Source of the DNA: a virus
Taxonomy: Duplodnaviria; Heunggongvirae; Uroviricota; Caudoviricetes
DNA: 5,875 bases
Strand: one strand, 5' to 3'
IMG/VR virus record: IMGVR_UViG_2778261251_000017
Shown: positions 1 to 5,858 of the stretch, piece by piece
Numbering within the stretch: the stretch's first letter is position 1
How the letters are laid out: each line of letters begins with the position of its first letter
Program-made: the position numbers and the translations under genes
Notes under the pieces: model-generated
What the model saw: the letters and a program-made list of their open reading frames with translations, nothing else
Told to the model about the DNA's origin: nothing
Databases searched by the model: none

Positions 1-23
1 GAAAAACGAGTATTTTTAGTCAT
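1..23 (-). CDS. IS3-family transposase OrfA, first 7 codons only (5-prime partial; continues beyond window)
   Basis: ATG at 23..21 on the minus strand, preceded by GAAAGAGG with 8-nt spacing. Translation MTKNTRF is the N-terminus I associate with IS629/IS1203 OrfA. Confidence 0.6.
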
Positions 24-77
24 CCTGTTTACCTCTTTCTCAGGGAGTTTAGTCTCCAGGATTTCCGGGGCGGTTCA
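1..77 (-). mobile_element. Terminal 77 bp of an IS3-family insertion sequence (IS629/IS1203/IS3411-like end); the body of the element lies beyond the window start
   Basis: The minus strand from 77 downward reads TGAACCGCCCCGGAAATCCTGGAGACTAAACTCCCTGAGAAAGAGGTAAACAGG followed by ATG ACT AAA AAT ACT CGT TTT. This is a TGA-initiated terminal inverted repeat, then an SD (AGAGG), then an orfA start encoding MTKNTRF, which matches my recollection of the IS629-group left end. Not verified against ISfinder. Confidence 0.7.
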
Positions 78-132
78 CTCAGATTAATGTTAAGCGTCTT
101 GCAGGACGCGTAATGTTAACTGGGGCTTTTCT

Positions 133-168
133 CTATCTGCCTTTGGTGTTCATGCCCGAGGCAGATAG
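133..168. repeat. Perfect 9-bp inverted repeat CTATCTGCC / GGCAGATAG separated by 18 nt
   Basis: Seen directly in the sequence (133-141 and 160-168). No U-tract follows on either strand, so it is not an intrinsic terminator. Possibly a protein-binding or recombination site at the cargo boundary. Confidence 0.5.
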
Positions 169-283
169 CCTCAAGCACCCGCAGCCATTCTACTTAACTA
201 CCTTTACCTCGCCAATATGAAATCAGTCAGAAAGACGATCCATAAGAACAATAGCAAGATTTCTTAATGGAGATGGATGTAAG

Positions 284-1771
284 CTAAATATTTTGGCTCG
301 GTCTGCTTTCTATTAAATGCAACCTGTATTTTAAAGCATGATGTGTCCTAAACTCATTTTGTAGATTAATTTTTAAGTTAGGCAAACTACTTACGTATTC
401 CCATCTACCTTGTTTTTTTTGTCCGATAAGTGAGTTATCAAACAGGAAGTTGATATATTGACGTATCACCCCATCAGAAATACCTGCAAATTCATTACGG
501 CACTTCTCGGAGAAATCATTAAAATCGAATGTTTCTACTTGGATAGTTTGAAGAACAGTTAGTAAGTTCTCAATTTCAGGGAATTGGTTGGACCATTCAT
601 CAATCACCTCATTGTACACACTTATAGATGCTTCACGGTCAGCTTCATAAAGCTCATTGGAAGTGTAAAGACCTGAGACATTATTTTTATGACATGCCCT
701 AATTTTGTTGAAGTAGACAATAATATCCCTAGGCCTAAAGAAAGAACGGCGACATATATATTTAAATGGAGGAGTCCCCTGCCTAACGAATGAAACCTCA
801 AATACTTTCCCAGATCTGTCCTTTTCGTCATCTAATATGAGATCATTAGGTTTGTATTTCTTTATCCTCTCATAATACATATCGTTTAGATTATTTTCAT
901 TCCATGAGATTATGATAGCACTATCTTGCAATAATTTGTTTTTATCATTGAATTTCAAAGAATGATAAATATCCGTTCGTAGGAAGGGAATGACTTTTAA
1001 TTTATCATTGAGGCGTTCATCAGATGCTATGTTTCTACAGACATTTAGCAGATTTATTAAAACCTTACTATATTCTTCAATTTGCCCCTCTAGCCAGTTT
1101 TCGTCTAATTGGTCAAGGGCGATAATTATTTTTTCATTACCAATGTTATCTTTAAAAATTTTTTCAAAATACGTAAGCAATGTGAAAGCATTAGCTCTTA
1201 GCTTTTGCTTTAGCTGAGCATTCTCAGCAACTTCCTCTAACGAAATTTCACCTGCGTCCAATGATACTTCATTAAGACCAGCACTGGGCCCTTTTATGGT
1301 TTTTAATCTGGTTATTTTTGAAAACAAAACCTCCCTAAGAGTTGGGTCGGGACTACCAAAGATAGTTTTGATATAATTATGTGCCCACGTTAGATCTTTG
1401 TTTAAAGTCTCTCCAGCATCATTTTTTATTTCAATAAGTTTAGATAATGCCTTAATATAAAAAAGATACATCCAACTTTTTTGATAAGCGGAAAGTTCTC
1501 CAGCCATTGCATCCTTGTAAAGTTGATGGGCTGGCCATGGATAGTCACTAAAATTTAGACATACTGAGTAAAACCCGTTGAGATTGGCTGGTTTTCCTCT
1601 TCTAAGGTGTTCATAAATGGCTGTTTTACCAGTACCTTTTCTTCCAAGAACCAACCAAGCCCTACTTTCAATAATATCCTTTATCGCCGGTAGCTTAAAA
1701 AAATAGGTCTGTAAGTCCCGATCTGTTTCTGCTGAAACTTGAAATTCTGGTAGCCAGTCTCTAATGTCCAC
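284..1771 (-). CDS. P-loop NTPase, 495 aa, family unassigned (Walker A near N-terminus, Walker B about 170 residues later); candidate anti-phage or abortive-infection cargo gene
   Basis: Long ORF with a GTG start at 1771..1769 and an AAGAGGA SD 5 nt upstream. The ATG two nt upstream is out of frame. Walker A LVLGRKGTGKT is encoded at about 1622-1648 and the Walker B-like IIIALDQLDE at about 1100-1129. The gene and its upstream region are markedly AT-rich compared with the neighbouring phage genes (judged by eye, not computed). Stop TAG at 286..284. Confidence 0.8.
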   Translation of the reverse strand: MDIRDWLPEFQVSAETDRDLQTYFFKLPAIKDIIESRAWLVLGRKGTGKTAIYEHLRRGKPANLNGFYSVCLNFSDYPWPAHQLYKDAMAGELSAYQKSWMYLFYIKALSKLIEIKNDAGETLNKDLTWAHNYIKTIFGSPDPTLREVLFSKITRLKTIKGPSAGLNEVSLDAGEISLEEVAENAQLKQKLRANAFTLLTYFEKIFKDNIGNEKIIIALDQLDENWLEGQIEEYSKVLINLLNVCRNIASDERLNDKLKVIPFLRTDIYHSLKFNDKNKLLQDSAIIISWNENNLNDMYYERIKKYKPNDLILDDEKDRSGKVFEVSFVRQGTPPFKYICRRSFFRPRDIIVYFNKIRACHKNNVSGLYTSNELYEADREASISVYNEVIDEWSNQFPEIENLLTVLQTIQVETFDFNDFSEKCRNEFAGISDGVIRQYINFLFDNSLIGQKKQGRWEYVSSLPNLKINLQNEFRTHHALKYRLHLIESRPSQNI

Positions 1772-2113
1772 ATTTTCCTCTTTACATTACATTACCTTTA
1801 TATTTTCCCAAAATAAATCAAAGTCATATGGCGTATCAAGTTTTTTTGATTATTTATGAGCTCATACTCAAAAAAACTAAATCTAATTTATCTTACGTTA
1901 ACTAAAGATTTCATATGTTAGTATGCTCAAGCAATGCTACTGCTGGAGTCTGATGATATCCGTTATACACTAATTGCCACGCACACAAGCGACATCAGTT
2001 CATGGCACAAAGCAGACAACCACGCTACCTCTACCCTATGCCATGAAAATGTCAATTTACATCTTAACTAATGCACTTTAATCTCGTCACTTAAATAGAT
2101 ACCGAACATTTCC

Positions 2114-2509
2114 CTAATAAAACGACAATATGCGCTGCATAACTTCGCTCTTCCGGCACTCGCGACAGATTATGTTTAGACGACTGTCGTAGCGACGTAT
2201 TTCTCCATCAGGTAGTGACCAGATAAGGTCCGGATCAACCACAGCGGGTTTCTTCACCTTCGCCCTAGAGAGTTTTTTGCGGGCATTTTGCCAGTCCTTT
2301 CGTGCCTGTTCAGACGGGAATAACCCGTAGCCGGAGTTGTATACATAACCACTGGCAACCAGCTCTCTGGCAAGAATGCTCATCAGATATCTTGTCGCAC
2401 CTGTTTTAGCTTCCAACTGTCGTAATGTCTCGCGACCGCTCTGGCGCACAAGTTCGACCACCTGCTCTTTAATTTTTTCCCGCTCTTCCTGTGTAAAAAC
2501 TTTTGCCAC
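2114..2509 (-). CDS. Hypothetical phage protein, 131 aa, with a possible helix-turn-helix segment (TGATRYLMSILARELVASG); sits where a helicase loader would be expected
   Basis: ORF with a GTG start at 2509..2507 preceded by AAGGAGG (4-nt spacer). Codon composition is like the neighbouring phage genes. I do not recognise the family. Confidence 0.6.
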   Translation of the reverse strand: MAKVFTQEEREKIKEQVVELVRQSGRETLRQLEAKTGATRYLMSILARELVASGYVYNSGYGLFPSEQARKDWQNARKKLSRAKVKKPAVVDPDLIWSLPDGEIRRYDSRLNIICRECRKSEVMQRILSFY

Positions 2510-2549
2510 AAGTCCTCCTTAAAATTACCTCATGACCTGAAATCAACAC

Positions 2550-3515
2550 TTATCCCCTGAAACCAGGCGGAATTTCTGTATCCGGTTCAGAAATATGATT
2601 CACACAACGCTGTACAGGTGAACGTCCCAAGCGGATGACCAGTTCGTCCCATTTTTCGCGGAGTTTTGACGGGCTCATGATGTTTTTTACCCAGAATGGA
2701 TCTCGCTGTACCCGACCAAACATTTCGCAAATTTGTCTGTGGCTTCTGCCATCCAGCATCCGCATTGTGCGCACGTCATTGGCCCAGGCTGTCCAGTTAG
2801 GCTCTTTTGGTCGCATGATCTCTCCATCGTCGCTGGCAGCCTGTTCGTAAAGGTTCACGATCCGCCCCCAAATCCACTGCGCACACGCCAAATCCTCCCT
2901 GCTACCCCACTGGCGTTTTTTCGCACTAAACACAACCGCGTCGGGGTTCCGGGTTAAAAAATCCTGTTCAGCGGTCTGCGGGTCCGGTTGCGAAGCTTCC
3001 GGACGAAAAGTGTTTTTATTCTCTGTAGTAATCTCTGTTGTATTCTCTGTAAGATCATCAGGCCATTTTGACCCGATGACATTGGGTCGTTTTGAACCAA
3101 TGGAGCGTTTCATTTTGACCTCTTCCATCGTGTCATTTTGACCTGATGGAGCGGCGCATTTTGAACCGATGGATTCGTTCAATTTGCCACCATCTAAAAG
3201 CTCGCTCCCATAGTTGATCGTGTAGAAATTGGTCATATCGCGCTTTGATTTATTGAGCTTTTCACAACGCAAAAGCCCCAGCGTTTTCAGACTTGCAAAC
3301 GCGCGCTTTAACGTTGACTCTGGCCAGAATGGGAACTGTTCCAGCCATTGTTCCGTTGTGTTGTAAATCCAGCGAACACCATCACATTCCATGCCGGAAT
3401 TGGTATCTCTCAACCAGTAATGCAGTTGCTGCAACACAATGGCTTCGTTTAAGCCAATCTTCATCGCAAGCTGTGTGTTTATAACCAGTGGGCGTTCAGC
3501 AAAAAGAAGGCTCAT
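2550..3515 (-). CDS. Phage replication initiator (lambda O-like replisome organiser) with iterons embedded in the coding sequence
   Basis: ORF on the minus strand. The preferred start is ATG at 3515..3513 (MSLLFAERPLV...). The ORF track extends to a TTG at 3569, which I consider less likely. The N-terminal region looks like a winged-HTH DNA-binding domain. The central region is encoded by a direct-repeat array (protein repeats IGSK match DNA repeats GGTTCAAAATG), as with lambda ori inside the O gene. Position is downstream of cro. Confidence 0.7.
   Translation of the reverse strand: MSLLFAERPLVINTQLAMKIGLNEAIVLQQLHYWLRDTNSGMECDGVRWIYNTTEQWLEQFPFWPESTLKRAFASLKTLGLLRCEKLNKSKRDMTNFYTINYGSELLDGGKLNESIGSKCAAPSGQNDTMEEVKMKRSIGSKRPNVIGSKWPDDLTENTTEITTENKNTFRPEASQPDPQTAEQDFLTRNPDAVVFSAKKRQWGSREDLACAQWIWGRIVNLYEQAASDDGEIMRPKEPNWTAWANDVRTMRMLDGRSHRQICEMFGRVQRDPFWVKNIMSPSKLREKWDELVIRLGRSPVQRCVNHISEPDTEIPPGFRG
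3004..3055. repeat. AT-rich tract with three tandem TCTCTGT(A/T)GTA-type repeats adjacent to the iterons; putative DNA-unwinding element of the origin
   Basis: GAAAAGTGTTTTTAT is followed by TTCTCTGTAGTAA, TCTCTGTTGTA and TTCTCTGTAAGA (about 3019-3054), immediately on the C-terminal side of the iteron array. The layout resembles the lambda ori (iterons followed by an AT-rich region). Confidence 0.5.
3064..3190. repeat. Iteron array: six direct repeats of core CATTTTGA(A)CC at 23-24 bp spacing; putative phage origin of replication
   Basis: Copies start at 3064, 3088, 3111, 3134, 3157 and 3180 (the last is degenerate, CAATTTGCC). Each is followed by a (G)ATGG-like tail. The array lies inside the replication-initiator ORF. 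Confidence 0.75.
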
Positions 3516-4017
3516 AATTCCATCCAGCTTTTTGTTGGTATTGCAGTCGATACGCAAGTTTGAAAGCAATTGCTTTTTCTATAAGTTCGTCAGTTTCACG
3601 ATCCACTACGGCAGGATCAGCAAAAAGCAGTCCGGACTCCACCACATCGCCATATTCTTTGTTTAACCCGGCGATCATGTACGTGATGCTTTTTCCGTCA
3701 CTAATTTCACGATACAACCTGAAATCATTAATCCGGATAGCCTCCATAATTGCAGGCACTAGCGCCGTGAACTTTTCACGCTTATCCCTAGTGTCGATAG
3801 CCTTCCAGCGTTCGAATATCTTCACTCGATTAACGCCAAGCGCTCGCTGATCAACCGCGCCACCTTCATCTGTGACACGCTGAACATCGATGTTCGGGCG
3901 CTCTTTCAAAGCCCAGAATGCTTCAGTGATTAATATCGTCGCCTGCTCCTGTGTCATTCCTGGTCGACATATCCAGGCATCCAGAGCCTCACGAGCCTGT
4001 TCAGGAGTGATTTTCAT
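3496..4017 (-). CDS. Hypothetical phage early protein, 173 aa, in the position occupied by CII in lambda; family not recognised
   Basis: ATG at 4017..4015 overlaps the cro stop (TGA at 4003..4001) by 17 bp. Its 3-prime end overlaps the preferred rep start by 20 bp. This suggests a translationally coupled cro-orf173-rep operon. Confidence 0.65.
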   Translation of the reverse strand: MKITPEQAREALDAWICRPGMTQEQATILITEAFWALKERPNIDVQRVTDEGGAVDQRALGVNRVKIFERWKAIDTRDKREKFTALVPAIMEAIRINDFRLYREISDGKSITYMIAGLNKEYGDVVESGLLFADPAVVDRETDELIEKAIAFKLAYRLQYQQKAGWNYEPSFC

Positions 4018-4228
4018 TGTTCAACCGCCCCGCCCGCTTCGTCTTACGATATTCGTCATAAACTTTGGGATCATACTGAAGCTCCCCGCCAGATGCCTCC
4101 TGTAGACGCATCGCGCGACCTTCAGGAACCAGTATCCCCCAAGCAGCAACACTTGCCAGTCTCACTCCTGCGGCATTGGCAAGCTTTGTTTTGCTGCCAA
4201 AAAAAGTAATTGCGTCAGCTTTAAGCAT
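4001..4228 (-). CDS. dicC: Cro-like regulator of the DicC/YdaS family, 75 aa
   Basis: ATG at 4228..4226 with a strong SD AGGAGG 5 nt upstream. The track start at 4231 is TTG and too close to the SD. It contains the FGSKTKLA...GV...VxxW motif typical of YdaS/DicC-type Cro proteins. It is divergent from the repressor gene with an operator palindrome between them. Assignment from memory; size matches DicC. Confidence 0.65.
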   Translation of the reverse strand: MLKADAITFFGSKTKLANAAGVRLASVAAWGILVPEGRAMRLQEASGGELQYDPKVYDEYRKTKRAGRLNNENHS

Positions 4229-4241
4229 CAAAGCCTCCTAT

Positions 4242-4259
4242 TGTTAGACTTTTCTAACA
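4242..4259. promoter_or_regulatory. Operator palindrome TGTTAGA-CTTT-TCTAACA in the cro/repressor intergenic region (OR-like)
   Basis: Perfect 7-bp arms with a 4-bp spacer, seen directly. It overlaps the predicted -10 and transcription start of the cro promoter. Confidence 0.65.
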
Positions 4260-4286
4260 TTATTGTGCGCGGGATACCTAAGTCAA
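4257..4286 (-). promoter_or_regulatory. Putative sigma70 promoter for the cro operon (PR-like)
   Basis: On the minus strand: -35 TTGACT (plus-strand 4281-4286), 18-nt spacer, -10 TAATGT (plus-strand 4257-4262). The predicted start lies inside the operator palindrome, about 20 nt upstream of the cro ATG. Pattern match only. Confidence 0.45.
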
Positions 4287-4308
4287 GAAAAATTAGAATT
4301 ACCTAACT

Positions 4309-4716
4309 ATGGATACAAGAACCCTAGGCCAGCGAGTTCTGGCGCGACGAAAAGAATTACGCTTAACACAACGAGAAGCTGCGCGCCTCGCTGGGGTTGC
4401 TCACGTCACAATTTCACAATGGGAAAGAGACGAAACCCAGCCAGTCGGAAAACGATTGTTTGCTTTAGCGGATGCTCTGAAGTGCTCACCTACATGGCTA
4501 ATGTTTGGTGACGAAGACAAGGCACCAGTGCCGGCACAAGAACTTCATGTGGAAACAGAGCTAACTCCCAACCACAAAGAATTGATCGAATTATTCGATG
4601 CTCTTCCATCTTCCGAGCAGGAAGCCTTGCTGTCTGAAATGCGCGCAAGAGTAGAAAACTTCAACAAACTCTTCGAAGAAATGCTTAAAGCGCGTAAAAA
4701 TAAATCAATAAAATAA
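4309..4716 (+). CDS. dicA: XRE-family HTH repressor, DicA-like (CI-type immunity repressor without a peptidase domain), 135 aa
   Basis: N-terminal HTH (LRLTQREAARLAGVAHVTISQWE) and a C-terminal helical region with SPTWLMFGDED and NFNKLFEEMLKAR motifs that I recall from E. coli DicA. Same length as DicA (135 aa). Divergent from a DicC-like cro and flanked by matching palindromic operators. No SD upstream of the ATG. Confidence 0.75.
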   Translation: MDTRTLGQRVLARRKELRLTQREAARLAGVAHVTISQWERDETQPVGKRLFALADALKCSPTWLMFGDEDKAPVPAQELHVETELTPNHKELIELFDALPSSEQEALLSEMRARVENFNKLFEEMLKARKNKSIK

Positions 4717-4751
4717 CATTCTTTTCAAGTGATTAGTTGCGCCCACTCTTT

Positions 4752-4771
4752 TTGTTAGACTAATCTAACAA
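4752..4771. promoter_or_regulatory. Operator palindrome TTGTTAGA-CTAA-TCTAACAA downstream of the repressor gene (OL-like)
   Basis: Perfect 8-bp arms with a 4-bp spacer. Same half-site as the operator at 4242-4259. Confidence 0.65.
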
Positions 4772-4778
4772 AAAACAC

Positions 4779-4807
4779 TTGCCTCTTATGTTAGGTTATT
4801 CTAAATT
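4779..4807 (+). promoter_or_regulatory. Putative sigma70 promoter of the early-left (dicB-type) operon
   Basis: -35 TTGCCT (4779-4784), 17-nt spacer, -10 TAAATT (4802-4807), bracketed by the operator copies. An alternative is TTGCGC (4737-4742) with TAATCT (4761-4766). Pattern match only. Confidence 0.4.
4789..4806. promoter_or_regulatory. Degenerate third operator copy TGTTAGg-TTAT-TCTAAat
   Basis: Matches 6/7 and 5/7 positions of the half-sites, with the same 4-bp spacer. It lies 36 bp from the 4752-4771 site and overlaps the spacer and -10 of the predicted early-left promoter. Confidence 0.4.
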
Positions 4808-4884
4808 ACTTTCCATCAAGACACCGCACGGTGTTCTCAGCAAACAGTTCCGCTACCCCGGCGTTAAGGGGAAATGAGGTCAGC

Positions 4885-5037
4885 ATGGATACTATCGATC
4901 TTGGCAACAGCGAATCTCTGGTATGTGGCGTGTTCCCCAACCAGGACGGCACGTTCACCGCGATGACGTATACCAAAAGCAAAACGTTTAAAACCGAATC
5001 TGGCGCGCGTTGCTGGTTAGCCAGAAACACTGACTGA
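4885..5037 (+). CDS. ydfA: Small prophage protein, 50 aa, YdfA/YdaF-like (first gene of the dicB-type operon)
   Basis: ATG at 4885 with SD GAGG 5 nt upstream. The track start at 4831 is not ATG and lacks an SD. The size and position immediately downstream of the dicA-like gene match ydfA of Qin and ydaF of Rac. Sequence identity is not verified. Confidence 0.55.
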   Translation: MDTIDLGNSESLVCGVFPNQDGTFTAMTYTKSKTFKTESGARCWLARNTD

Positions 5038-5048
5038 TGAGGCTGACG

Positions 5049-5414
5049 ATGGAATTTAAAGATTTACCGTCTGATGTACAGAAAACAGCAGCTCATACAT
5101 TGCATTCTGTGCTGCGAGAAATCGGGAAAGATATTGCAAGCGAGCCAGCAAAAGATCTGGCCCGGAAAATCAAGACCGCTTTCGTTGAGCTTTATAATGT
5201 TGGCACTGACTCTGAAACTGTCGAGACCAAGACCGTAAGTTCACCAATATTCTCACTTGAGCCAGGCGTATTATCAGGTGAAATATGCACCGAGATTTCC
5301 AGCGAACTGCTTCCGGTAATACGAGAAGCAATTTGCCGTCGCGGTTTGGATGGAAGTTACGATCATGACGTCCTGCAAGTTCTCAGGACAATGGTGACTT
5401 CACTGGGGATTTGA
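5049..5414 (+). CDS. Hypothetical protein, 121 aa, family not recognised
   Basis: ATG at 5049 with SD GAGG 6 nt upstream. An alternative ATG at 5037 overlaps the preceding stop (TGATGA). It follows the ydfA-like gene in the same operon, where Qin carries ydfB and ydfC. Confidence 0.6.
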   Translation: MEFKDLPSDVQKTAAHTLHSVLREIGKDIASEPAKDLARKIKTAFVELYNVGTDSETVETKTVSSPIFSLEPGVLSGEICTEISSELLPVIREAICRRGLDGSYDHDVLQVLRTMVTSLGI

Positions 5415-5583
5415 TCCCTGCGTCCTCTAACCTTTTGATATAGCGGTCCTCCAAGAAGCGGTAAATTTTGTCGAAATCATCTTTCCCCTCTGGTTTATTC
5501 AGAGGATTACAGGACCCGTAAGTAGCGGCATACATTTCAACCTTTTTATCAAAAATATAAGAGACAAATTCTTCTTTAGTCAT
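5383..5583 (-). CDS. Hypothetical small protein, 66 aa, convergent with and overlapping the 3-prime end of the 121-aa gene
   Basis: ATG at 5583..5581 with SD AAGGA about 8 nt upstream. The track 95-aa version starts at a GTG with no SD. The 3-prime end overlaps the plus-strand gene by 32 bp. Highly charged protein (MTKEEFVSYIFDKK...DRYIKRLEDAGIK). Confidence 0.5.
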   Translation of the reverse strand: MTKEEFVSYIFDKKVEMYAATYGSCNPLNKPEGKDDFDKIYRFLEDRYIKRLEDAGIKSPVKSPLS

Positions 5584-5858
5584 ATAGATTTCCTTCTTGG
5601 TTATTCGGGATAAGAAGGATACCACCTCGCCTGACGTGGTTAAAAGCAGGCACACAACACGAAAGCGCACGGCGAAGTTCGTCTCACTGTACGGTGTCGT
5701 TAAATTTAATTCGACCGTGCGCTTCCGGTTGTGGCAACCCGCGAAATGGCGCGGCGGTAAGTATGGCGGGGTTATTCCTTCCCCGTTGAGGACACCGAGT
5801 TGTCAGGTTGACCATACGCTTAAGTGACAACCCCGCTGCAACGCCCTCTGTTATCAAT

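Noticed and set aside
133-168. Inverted repeat considered as an intrinsic terminator for the NTPase gene
   Set aside because: No U-tract follows the stem on either strand.
80-218. Open frame of 46 codons running from the IS junction (possible C-terminal remnant of an interrupted gene; 35 aa from the internal ATG)
   Set aside because: It is too short, has no SD, and has nothing recognisable. It is kept only as a possibility under the IS-truncation finding.
622-831. 69-aa ORF on the minus strand inside the NTPase gene
   Set aside because: It lies in an alternative frame wholly within the long NTPase ORF and has no independent start signals. It is a byproduct of the long ORF.
990-1217. 75-aa plus-strand ORF antisense to the NTPase gene
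   Set aside because: It is antisense within a well-supported CDS, has no SD, and has low-complexity composition.
3064-3190. Regularly spaced direct repeats considered as a CRISPR array
   Set aside because: Repeat units are only about 10-11 bp with about 13-bp spacers and lie inside a protein-coding gene. This is an iteron array, not CRISPR.
2635-4105. Plus-strand ORFs 2635-2850, 2733-2957, 3293-3484, 3439-3666, 3560-3850 and 3890-4105
   Set aside because: All are antisense to the coherent minus-strand cro-orf173-rep operon and lack ribosome-binding sites. Their amino-acid compositions look like translated non-coding frames.
4263-4511. 82-aa plus-strand ORF overlapping the repressor gene in another frame
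   Set aside because: It overlaps the start of the DicA-like ORF, whose translation has a clear HTH, and has no SD.
4806-5030. 74-aa minus-strand ORF antisense to the ydfA-like gene
   Set aside because: It is antisense to a gene with a good SD and ATG, and would cover the operator/promoter region. No start signals.
4831-5037. Extended 68-aa version of the ydfA-like ORF
   Set aside because: The upstream start is non-ATG with no SD. The ATG at 4885 has a GAGG SD and gives the expected roughly 50-aa product.
5383-5670. 95-aa version of the convergent small ORF
   Set aside because: The upstream start is GTG without an SD. The internal ATG at 5583 has a good SD, so the 66-aa version is preferred.
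5597-5827. 76-aa plus-strand ORF in the DicF leader (possible ydfC-like gene)
   Set aside because: It has no ATG (TTG or internal GTG starts only), no convincing SD, and an arginine/threonine-rich composition typical of translated GC-rich structured RNA. I cannot fully exclude it, because Qin has ydfC at this position.
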